From: Phoronis australis
Taxonomy: Eukaryota > Animalia > Phoronida
Reading direction: 5' to 3'
Assembly: GCA_002633005.1 (NCBI GenBank)
Contig: NMRA01000135.1
Span: forward strand, 185,115-249,114
Length of the DNA: 64,000 nt
The notes under the pieces were generated by a model that worked only from the letters and a program-made list of their open reading frames with translations, was not told the DNA's origin and did no database searches. Positions 22,610 to 34,400 of the stretch are shown here, one piece after another. Every line of letters starts with the position of its first letter. Positions within the stretch are counted from its first letter, which is position 1. The position numbers and the translations under genes are program-made.

Positions 22610-25600
22610 ATGGCTTTAGACTTCGTTGCGGGCTGCATTGGAGGTACGTAAGCCCACAGCCACATATCAATGAAACATGGCCGAAATTTGACAAGTGCAC
22701 AATTTTGCCGTTTTTTGGCAATATTCATAGGCTAATCTATTAACACAGTTATGAGTTAGTCGGTCAGTTGAAATTTTAGGGTTCAGTTTAATTTCGAAGG
22801 TTATTATGGTGCACCCTTGAGATTGTGTAAACATTTGGCTTACTTAAAAAAATCACATAACCTCACAATTTTTCAGATAAATGAGAAAATAGTTGGAAAC
22901 ATATTATCTTTCTGGCTTTTGCTCTTTTCAAATTGGCTTGCAATTTAAATTTAAATTTTAAAATTGTGTTAAAACTGATTAGTACAGAAGAGACACTAAA
23001 CCAAGGCCAGTCATTTCAAAGTATTAAGATGTTCTCTATTCAAAACATTTTGACGATAGTCTTCATGTAGTTAGCTGGCTGGCTACCACCCAGATGGCTA
23101 TACGAAGACCTAATGTCAAAATACATTTATCATGCCAAGGGCGGATCCAGGATTTTGAGTTGGGGGGGGAGGGGTCAGGGCAGAGTATTAGCCAGGATTT
23201 TACCCGTTAGACATTCACACCCCCTAACTGCCAAATGGAATCTGGGAGAATTTTAGGGGGGGCATGGCTCCCTTAGCCCCCCTCCCCTTAAATCTGCCAC
23301 TGCATGCATCTTTGCTCCAAGGCTATCCTATCAGCCACTCATGTGAAATTCTGTGTGATTCTTTGGAGCTAAGTTTGTTCCACATTGAACTAGCATGCTC
23401 CAGTTTTGAATCCAAGAAGAGACATCGTACACTGCATTTTATTGGTTTTCTAGTTCCCTCAGCTGTGATTCGCTGATAGTGAATTGTTGGCATCAGCTAA
23501 AGCTTCCATTATCTGAAACCACAACATTCCTATACTTTTATAATACCCAAGACTGCAGCACACCTGTAATTAACCACCTGTTAGCTCCTTTAGCTGGAGT
23601 GGATTCTGGCAGTGTACTGCTTTATTGACTGTAATATACCATACAACTTATTAAAGTCATATAATGTACCTTGTAACAGAATATTGATATATTCATGATA
23701 TTTGCATATGCAGATTTCTTGATTTCGGGGATGACAAAATAGTGAACGAGTTGCACTTTTACTGTTCTTTCACTGTTTAACACACAGAAGTAATTAGCTC
23801 TGATGTTTGCTTTCTTGCCTAAATAAATTGCGTCTGCGTCTGTTAGGTTCTTAGCTACGGTAATATCATTTATTAGGGAAACTATATACTTTTTGTTGTT
23901 AACATAGAAAAAGATTCTCACTTAATGTTTGGCCTCTTGTCCATATGAAAATTTGTAGCCTTTTTTATTATAAATTACTAATTTGGTTTTCTGGCGTCCG
24001 CCTTTCTCCCACCCAAACTGGTCGAAGGATCATTACGAAAACTGGCTAATGCGTTGCTGTTGAGAAGAATGCTAGAGTATTTCCAGTTGTTGATTGGCTG
24101 TACTTAAGTGTGCAAGTGCAGGGCTTATGTGTCCGATCCACTTACTATGGTGTGACTCACTGTCTTTTATACTTAAGTGTGCAAGTCCAGGGCCTATGTG
24201 TCCGATCCACTGACTATGGTGTGACTCACTTAAGTGTGCAAGTGCAGGGCCTATGTGTCCGATCCACTGACTATGGTGTGACTTTTATTTCTTTACTTGA
24301 GAAAATGTGATAGTATGCATGTTATTCTTATTTCTAGGTGCCGCTGGTGTATTGGTTGGGCATCCTTTTGATACTGTTAAGGTATGTTTATATGAAGTAT
24401 CATATTACCTGAAATATAAAGCCATGACCTTGTAAGGCCTTATAGCATGGGTCAGTTGTATTTTCAAGATAAAGTGCTCTAAACAAGTTATTAGGTTTAT
24501 AAGGCCGTCATCCAGTGTACTTGGACAGAGAGTGTTCAGTGTTCGCCGATTTGGAATTTATTACAGGTGTTGTATTGCTTTTTTATTTTTTCACATTGTA
24601 TTATTTGTTCAATATTTGTATGAAATGGTTTTTAGAGAAGTTATATTTCATAATCTTACAGGGACATTCCTGGACCATTTCTTTGCTCCATTTGTGCATA
24701 AAAAAATAAAAAGGCACAAGTATATATTGCAGCAATGTGCACCACCCCCACCCTCACCTCCACCCCCACCCCTCGCCTGGGCTCATCTTTAAAAACACAC
24801 ACTCTTCCAAAAATGCAAAATTCTAGTCAACTTACGACCATTTTGATGATATTCTTTCATAGCTAAACAGTCTGTTTTAAGTCTTAGTCAGATTGCCATT
24901 TTGTATGGATTTTTTTAATAACAATACAACTTTTACATGAGCATGACTGTTCTTCATTTCGATTGACCTTGGGGTTTCTGTTTCGTGTGCTACCACTTAA
25001 AATACACTAAGTCTGTTAGACACAACTTTTTGATAAAAGGCACGCTTTTTATCATCAGGTGTTCAAACAGGTTTAAACCTGATCAGGAATGAGTCCCTGA
25101 TCTTAGCCATTACTTAACATTTTGGTCGTGACTGTTTGGCAAAAACAAAAAATGGCCTTGTATCTGAAATAACGGTATAGCCCTATACTCAAATATAAGG
25201 CCATGGCATGGTATGGTATGTGCATTTTTAAGTGTTCTGAGATGTTAGTTGACTTTTGCAGGTGAACAAATCATAAAATTCTTCTATCCCTCTTTTGTCA
25301 TCTTAAAGCTGCTGTTCCTGTCTAATGCATACATAAATTTAAGGAATGAACTAAATTCAAAGCATATTGCATTGAACTTGAACATTTTGCTGCCGTAACT
25401 GCATCATTTACACGGTGATGACTTTAGAAAAACATGACTATGAGTCAGTTGACCCACAGGGACTCAAATTGGGAGCAGCCCACTAACTGTGAAGGTTCAA
25501 TACTCCGAGGGTTCACTACCACGAAAGTTCAGTACTCTGAAAATATATAAAATTTAGGACTCAGGTATGCAAAATACAAGATACTTCGGTTATTAGACAA

Positions 25601-28600
25601 GGCGGTGTACCTTCTGAAAACTCCTCGCTGGTACTAATACATTTTGTTTGGTTTTCTACGCTTGCGAAATTGGCGGGGCTTCAAAGCATGTCTTATGAAT
25701 ACGGAAGAAGGAATAAGTACGTGCATTTTTAAAAGAATATGATGTTGGAATATTAATGAATTATCAACCTCGACACTTTCACCAGAGCCATTTTAAAATG
25801 CTGTGCCTCATCCTCACCCACTGCACCATAACCACGCCCACGGGCAAATCGAAACTGAATGCAGTAGGCTACCCTGTCAGAGAGCTCCATCCGTCATCTG
25901 AAATATAATGCTGCTCGTTGATGTATACTCAGGCAAATAAGTGGATGACAAAACAAGTCCCGTTTCATATTTTGACCTATGTTGCCCCTCCTGGTGGCCT
26001 ATTTATTTTTCTTGTTCTTTATTGCCTGTGCCTCTTTATCTTCCAAACGCTATGGAAAACCATGATGGAAGGTTTGTTCATATTAAGAATAGCCTTGGTG
26101 ACTTGTTTTGGGGTCCTTGGGGGCTACTTTATGTTTACTAGCATTTCTCTGTTTAGTGGGAATAATGATTATCCTATCTGGGTTGTGGGCACATAGCAAT
26201 GCCATCAAGTGCTCTTGTACTGTACCTAGTGCTCCCCACTAAGATTATTGTGTAACAATCATGGTTTGTAAGTATGTGGCTTCAAATTGTAAAGAATTAC
26301 CTCATCATTCCCTGGCCTAAACATGCATATTATGAAAGAATGTTTTGGGTGTGTGCTTTTTAAACTAAACCTCTGGAGAAAGATTTTAATAAATTCTGTC
26401 TCATATTCACTGTTCCTAAAAAACCTGGGAGTAATATACATTTGATATTGGTCCTAGTAAAAAACTTACCAATCAAATGTGAATTGTGCTATAGCAAAAG
26501 TGTTTACTGCAGGTGGCTTTGTATTAATGGTCAGGAGTAGGCGTGTGACCTCTCTTCGGTGTAAACAATTTTTAATAAGGTTGATACATGTATATGACAC
26601 CTGGTGACCTGTCCAATGATGGTACATGTTTGTATCCAGTATACAATAGTAATAATAGTCCTAGATCCATTGAATGGATGACCCATGTCAGTCAGTTTAC
26701 CATGTCGCCCACCATAGTCAGAGTGAGACATTTGTTAAATGCTTTCCACTTGGCGAAACTCAGGCATTTTGAAACTTTGTCTCAAATCTCTCGCCCCCTT
26801 ACTTTTCCACTTACTCCTCTGTTACCTACACTGGAGTGTTGTGACCACTAGTTCTTAAGATTAAACACCAGATGGTGCAGTTAATTTGCGGTATCGATTG
26901 AATACGTGTGTTGCATATCATGACTTCTAGCAATTAATTTCATCCGAGTGGAGTTTATCCTTCCCACTGCGTAGTTATTGCACAACTCTTTACTCCACAG
27001 TTTAATACATGTATTTTGAGAGGAGTCGTAATGACTTTATGCATAAGTCTTGGAGTTGAGCTTTCCCACTAACAGAAATTAAGCAAAATCGGTGACGGGG
27101 CAGTTGCGTAGTTGATAGGAAAGTGATGAAGGAGTAGGACTAGTGAACTTTATTTTAATTAGCACCAAATTGTCTAACGCTTTAGATTAGGTATGTATTC
27201 AACGTATATTACTGAATCATACTGTGAAAAATTTTTGATGTTCGCAGCTGCATTTGAAGCCCTGCAAAGAAGAATGGCCAATTGGTAAAACTGTGGAAAT
27301 TTTTGAGATCTTTACCATTTGCCTTTGTGTTAGCATTATTGAGCTTCCAGCTTCACAGGACTTACTCAGTAGCCTGACATGTCAGCATAGATCTTACCCA
27401 CTCTTTGTCTGTTTTTGCCTTTTGAGCATATTTTGTTAAGAAGGATAAGGATATTCAGTTATAATCACTTGGGATACTCCCACATGCATCACTTTCAAGC
27501 TGGCTCCAAGCTTGGGTTTATGTAACAAAAATAATTTTACAAGGCTTGACAACAATAGGCCCACTAGTGGGGGCCTCCGATTTGCATTCTCATCCGATGC
27601 ACAGTGAGTCTCAAATGCAAGAAGCCAGCAGAAAGTCCTGATGAGACTTACATGCAACATACCAGCACCACGTGGACATCGAAAATGAACCCAATGTCAG
27701 AGACTATTGTTGGGTACGGTCAGCACTACTGAATAGTAATGATACAATTTTTTAGTGATCATGGTGCATAGGTGGGAAAGCAATACTGTGCAATGGGAAT
27801 GTTGTACTGAAGTAAAACGTAGGGCAAAGATATTGAGTTGCTCAGTTATCTCAATAAGTCAGTTTCTACAAATCTTAAGTGTCTTGATGCCTATTATCTT
27901 ATTGATCGCTGGATTTCTTCAATTTCTCCTTGTCAGATGTTTGCTTGGTATCTCCTGGTTTCAGAAGAATGTTATTTCAAAAGTAGCTGAATAAGCCATG
28001 ATCATGATGCTTTAGTAATGACTGGGAGCTGAAATTGTGTCATTAGAAGAGTTGAAAGTTGTATATTGCAACTGTTGTAGGATTCTAGGTTGAATATGTA
28101 TATTGTATAGGAATTAATCGCTGAATGCCGACATTTTACAAAACTTAACACACTGAGGATTCTGTTGGAATTATGTGCGCTGTGTTCCTCAAGGACAATG
28201 TTTTTTAATGGAATGCAGCACTTTTACTTTGCAACAAAAAGTAGTATTAATATGATCCCATTGTCTAACATGTGCAAGTTCGCTGTCTGATTGGTGTTTG
28301 GTTAGACAACGTTATCTTGAAGGTTATCAAAAGTCGGTCAATCTTGGATACCATCTACGTGCACTTCTATCATTCAAGAATTTACTATAAAAAATTAAAG
28401 CAGGTGACCTGATGCTGATCATGCCACACCGCCGTGTCCATTGCACTGATTCCCTGATAATCTCATGCGTAGTAGGGGGGAGGGCAGCAGGGTACGTGCC
28501 GGCCAGTATAGTTTGTAGGTGTGAGGGAAAATCTTTGTGGCAACTGGCATGTGCCTAGGGCAGAGGCCAGGGCTGTTAAGAAAAGATAGACATAGCAAAA

Positions 28601-31457
28601 GATGTAGAATAGAGAAAAATTAAGTTCTACCAATACGGTATTTACCCTTTGGGAGCCCTGGTCTGGTCATTTTTGTTAGGGGCCCCCAGTTTTTAAATGT
28701 TTCCCCTATAAGGATCCCCTAAACTCACTTGAAAACATGTTCTCATTCATGTTTAAAAAGTCTGGAAAAATCGATATGCACAGGTTACTTGTGAAATTGT
28801 TCAACCTTTTATGTTAAGACACCTGTTGAGGAGGGTGATGGGATGGTGGAATTAACTGCCACTCTTTTCCAGTTTCTAAGTGATGTAGCCTTTCACATTA
28901 GGAAAACTGTGAATCACGGATTTGAACAAAAATCTTGCCAACCAGTAGTTAACTCAAAACGTACGTCGTGTGTGCCTTTTTGTATTGTGTTGCCTTGTAA
29001 GGGCAGAACCTGTCAACCAACAAGGGTTCCGATTAGTATGTTTATGTATTTATAATCTTCCACTGATTCATAGGTGATTTTTTGTTATTATAAGCTAATC
29101 TCATAAGAAATTTGTGATGCTTCAGTGACCTGTACATTGAAATTCATAGGAATCTATCGGCAATATCCACACACACCTATGGTGATGATTTTTGCGGGGG
29201 TTGAAATGGTAACTATTGGGAAGAATCTGACTGAAACCGTGATGAAAAAGTTTGTGCCCCTCTTCCTTAATAATTTCTGCCTTCTTAGAACCCTGCTAAA
29301 CAAAGGGCAGTGAAAGTAAAAACTGTTGTCTGGAGGTGTAACTGATGTTGACGGGAGGGGGATGGAGGTGAAGGTGAAAGAGGCATGAACTGGGCATGGA
29401 GGAGAATAAATTTGGTGTTGACCTCGGTGGAATTGAACCGGGCGTTGGCAGTGGCAGAGGAAAAACTGAAGTTTGTGGGGTGGAAACTTGCACTCACACT
29501 TATTTGTATGTTAAGCTTTTTCTGGATAAGTCAAAAAATCGTATTTCGAGTCATGGGTTTATTCCTGTTGTGCACAATTGATGATTGGAGTTCAGACATA
29601 ACAACCAACTGTGAGGGCCCCCATGGAAAATAGTGTGAACTGACGGGGCTACCCTCATTGTAAATATTACAATAATAAATAAATAAATACATAAACTCAC
29701 AACCCAAAAACAGTGTCATCTTTTGAAAGCTCTTGTCTGATTTTAGAACCATTTTAATTCAGAAAGAGTTAATTTTTCTAAGTTTACATGATAACTGGCT
29801 AGACCCAATTAAATTCATTGATTGCTTCGGGGCATGATTCTCCACCCCTTTTACGGTAAAAATTCTCCAATTTGGGGCAGTGAAAAAAAATTTTTTTTGA
29901 GGTCTGAGCTTGTCCCAAATTCTAGAAATAGGCATTATTGGCCGTCTCAGATTCAAGAACCACCTTAAAGATGGGAAAGTTATCCACTCTATAGAATGGA
30001 AATACATTGTCTGAAATTTGAGAAATGTGGTGAACGCCAAAATCACCCTTCTTCCAGATTTCTGAATCAAGAAAATTCAATTTTCCTGGGAGTTTCCGTG
30101 TCCCAAATTTTAGAGACTATCCCAAATTGGGGAATTTTTACCTTCAATAATATCTTTTCATGAAGTTGGCGTAATTTAACTTTATCTTATTACAGCCAGT
30201 GTTTCATTTTCTTAATTATCTTTTTGTAGGTTCGCTTGCAAACTTCTCCAGCGAGCGTTTACCGAGGCACCATACATTGTTTCACCTCAGTCGTCAAACA
30301 AGAGTCGGTTTGTGCATTCTTCTTATTTGCTCTGATATCTAAAATTTACAGATCTTTCAATATCATTTCAACAAAGACCCCATTATAGGCAATGTGTTAA
30401 GTGTGAAATTCATTAATTATTGAGAATAAAAATAAAGGAATGAAAAATGTTCTCTACCGATTTTGTTAAACTGGAATCGTTGAGAAACCAATGGAGTTGG
30501 TTGTGAGAAATCTGGTGTGAAAAGGTCTCCCTGATTAGGAACTGAGGCTATGAAAAAATGGTGTAGTAAAAGAATGGAAATATCTAAGCATGAATCAAGC
30601 TGCTTATGGTAGCTTCAACTGATGTTCTTTTCATTTATATTTCCTAGGTGTTAGGTCTCTACAAAGGACTCAGCTCTCCTCTCTACAGCCTCGCGTTCAT
30701 CAATGCCATCGTATTTGGTATCCAAGGGAATGTCCAACGAAAGCTCACCAATTCCAACACTGTCTCTAGCCACATGATTGCTGGCGCATCAGCAGGAGTG
30801 GCACAGTCATTTATATGTTCCCCGATGGAACTGGCAAAGACGAGAATGCAGATCCAAGGTCAAGGTCAACACCTGTTCTTTAAAAACGAAGCTCAAAAAC
30901 ATGGTCCATTTAATTGCTTGTGGAGGGCATATAAAACCAACGGCCTACCTGGTGTCTTTCGAGGGTTTTGGATTACTGTTGCCAGGGACTCCAGTGCATT
31001 TGCTCTGTACTTCTCAACCTATGAGTACCTTTGTAGAACGATGACGTCACAGAGTCAGCCATCACCATTTGTCCTTATGTTGGCAGGCGGCATGGCTGGC
31101 GTGAGTTCGTGGATTTTCACGTATCCTGTTGACGTAGTTAAGTCTCGCATTCAGGCGGACGGCGCCCAAGGCTTCTATGCTTTCTCTAGCTACCTAGACT
31201 GCTACAGGAAGTGTGTTCTCGAAGGAGGCTACTCATCCTTGTTCAGAGGCTTCAGCGCCACCATCTTGCGTGCTTTCCCGGTGAATGCAACAACGTTCAC
31301 AGCTGTGACGCTGATTTTACGCTACTTTGGCCCTGAAGATGACATTGCGAACACCAGCACAAACAACAACCAGCCAATGGATCACTTACACATCTCTGGA
31401 AGGTTGGCTCACCACGCGGAGCTCATCATTATGGAAGAGTCGGGATCTGCTAGGTGA
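22610..31457 (+). CDS. SLC25A29: Mitochondrial basic amino acid transporter (SLC25A29-like carrier), 4 coding exons, 321 aa
   Basis: Exons at 22610-22643 (MALDFVAGCIG), 24338-24381 (GAAGVLVGHPFDTVK), 30230-30307 (VRLQTSPASVYRGTIHCFTSVVKQES) and 30648-31457 (VLGLYKGLSSPL...*). All are GT-AG and phase-consistent. The three carrier signatures are PFDTVK, PMELAK and PVDVVK, with RAFPVNATTF; the MALDF.AGC.GG start is typical of SLC25A29. Confidence 0.93.
23136..23302. mobile_element. GC-rich MITE (hAT-like CAGGGGCGGATC-type termini)
   Basis: CAAGGGCGGATCCAGG ... CCTTAAATCTGCCACTG imperfect terminal inverted repeats with G/C runs inside. Confidence 0.55.
24102..24283. repeat. Three tandem copies of a unit of about 57 bp just upstream of SLC25A29 exon 2
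   Basis: ACTTAAGTGTGCAAGTGCAGGGCCTATGTGTCCGATCCACTGACTATGGTGTGACT x3. This explains the repetitive ORF 24110-24310. Confidence 0.92.
29613..29692 (+). mobile_element. 3' tail of the same non-LTR retroelement family (stem-loop plus (TAAA)n)
   Basis: GAGGGCCCCCATGGAAAATAGTGTGAACTGACGGGGCTACCCTC followed by ATTGTAAATATTACAATAATAAATAAATAAAT. Confidence 0.55.
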
Positions 31458-34400
31458 AGAAACAAACATGAACTGGATTTGGTTTGTTATTTATGCCCTA
31501 GATGGCAGCTATGATTGATTGAAATTGCACGAAAGTCAACTTGTTAATTGAAGAATTGCACTGCAAAATCTCACGGATTTTGGACAGAAATAATTGCCAA
31601 AATTGATCTTTTTTGTTATCCCACTTAACATGTCCTAAATTGGTGAGGTGATACTTTAATTTCAACAAAAACACTTTAAATCATGTACAGAGGCACTTAC
31701 TGTAGGTCAGGTGAGAGCAAAGTGAATGGAGTTTGTAGGTGTGAATCCAAGTCAGTGCATAAGCGTGTTGACTTGATCCTGAATGTAATTATGAAGGATT
31801 AGGAACACTCGCTCCTTTTACTTAAAAACACGTGCAACATGTTCCATTAACAAAGCTGGTGTTTTCAACTTAGTGCTCTCTGTGGCTTTAAAGTTTTGAA
31901 ATTGCTCAGCTAAGTTCAGTCGATTTGGGATGTTTTGGTGGGTGGAGCTTCAGACCCATTGGTGTCCCCTGCTGACCGCTCTCGAAATTATAAGGCAAGA
32001 TCCTCAGAGCTAAGCATCAGTTGATGCTTAAGAAAATCTCAGGTTTGCTACAAACTTTGAGTCAGCAAAGGTTGCATACTACTATCTTGTTCACACCTGG
32101 GATAGTCGTGATGAAAATTTTTCCAGGATGCTGAACTGGGTTGAGGCTCCCTTTGAAACGTACTTCTTGGCTTTGGCGTGGCTATCACTCGTCTCCTTTT
32201 GTTTTTTCACACTTTTAGTTGCTGAACCTAACTGGAAAATGTTGGATTGAAACATAATAATGCACCATTGAAGGCATTACAAGGGTATGTACCCACAATG
32301 CTGTGCATCACTAGGGCACTCAGTCATGCTAATCACTATGGGGTCAAAATTGATTTGTTATTCGTCCTTCTAATCCCAGTAATGAGTTACAATGCTGACA
32401 AAAATTTGGAAACCATGGTGGGGTGTGATCAATCATTTTTCAGTGGTGCAACTCTGCTCAGTCTGTGGTATTCGGGACTCCATCTGTCGATCATACCATG
32501 GGCTTTTCCTCAATGGAAGTGAAGAGTTCAATTAGGAAATGAGAATTGAAAGCCTCTGTTTTTTCCTTGGGTTCAAATGAGCTCAATAACCCCCCCTTGG
32601 GTTTATATTGACTCACAGTTTCTCCTTTTGTGGTAAGTTAATGCTTCTGTTCTGAATGCTGAGAAGTGTCATAAATAGTGTTGATGACTCTATAGGTAGG
32701 TTTCATTAAAGGTACATTATCTGTTTTACAGCCAAAAATGCAGTTTTGTGATTATTGTTGGATGGGACAGACTTGGTGAAGTTACTAGGTTTGACAGAGA
32801 TTGAAAACCACAAAATTCATTGTTTTTGCGATTTTATTTCAAAATGCCAATTCTTAGCATTGTCGTGCGGATGCTCACTGAAATCAACCCTGGTGTGTTA
32901 ACCATTTAAATGCCCTTAAAATACTCTTCTACTTAATGTGTGGGATTTGAGTCACCAGCAGAGCATTCGGCTGTTACTGTGGAGTTAGTGAGTTCGATTC
33001 TGCCCTACTTCTAATTTTGGTAAAATTATTTTCTCACATCGAATGTTCTTTTAAAACGGGCTGTGTCATTCTTCTCTAGTTCAATGTGGCAGACCTGACA
33101 GTAGATCACAATCCTTGTGTGATCTTCTATTTTACATGTTACATACCCTCCAGCCAAACCTGTTGTCTACAGTCTGCTCTGTATTAGGCGTAGACATGTC
33201 ACTAGTGAATCCTATGGGTTGCTTCTTACTGCCTACTAGACACTTGATGATTTTGAAATGTTCACGTGACCAATGGCCTCTGGTTTCCTCTGACATATGA
33301 GTTTTCGTCGAAGCAGACAAACAATGTTGCACCTGTTTGTTGTTTTTTGGAGAAGCTGATTACTAACTCTGGTACAAAGCTATATAAACGTACATGTATA
33401 TGCACGAAGTTATCCAAAACGAAATACGCCCAGGGCAGACGACATTCAGTTACACGCAACTAGCAAGCTGGTAACTGCTAGATGCATGTAGTACTTAAAT
33501 GCTTCACAATTTCTCCTCATACAAACTACACAAAATATATGACTGGCATGCACTGGACAGTTTTATATTTGTATCAAAGTGTGCCCACCTATACATTGTC
33601 ATGAAGATTGCCGGAGAAATGACCGGAGAAATGACCAACTGAAATGTGCCAATGTTAACGGGATATATGTTGGTGTTACTTGACCAAAAGAATTCTACAA
33701 ATGTTACTGCATAACTACCCTTGATATTTTTATCGGATTTTTAAGTGTTTGTTATTGCTTCTACATTGTGTTATTTTATCGCTCTTGACATTTGTCATTT
33801 TTAGCTACCTTTGAAGTTATTCTGGCGTCTGTTTCATGAAAAGTGACTTGAAGACTTAAGTCAGAAATCTGGTCTTTAGGGCTCCCACTTAGGTTCAACT
33901 ACTCGGTTAGTACTACATTACTGCCTGGAAATGATTTGATTTAGACAGTTACCGGTATGTTTTCAGAGAAGTTGTACTTCTGCTGAAGTGAGATCAGAAA
34001 TAGCAGTATGGGGCGAAGACCGAATTCAAAGTGAATTAATTCTTGAATCACTTTTCATGAAACGACCCCTGGTGGTACTGGATGTCATTCCTGGCAGGTG
34101 GCCAGTTAGGATTGCTGCAGGAATATCACCCTGTCAATGCTCACTGTTCCACTAATTTACAGCCGACAAGTTGGGATTTGTGTGCGTGGGTGAAATACTC
34201 GGATTTTGGTGTATTTTGTTGGATTTTAACATTCCATGACAATGTTTTGGCTTTCATTAAATTGTGATCCCTTTGTTTTTACACCATGTGTTTGTTTTTG
34301 TTTTACCTGTAACCTTTAAATGCAACCATTAACAGGGACTACTTGTATTAGCGATGGTTTATGTTACCACATTATATCAGCGTATTGTGCGAACATTCAT

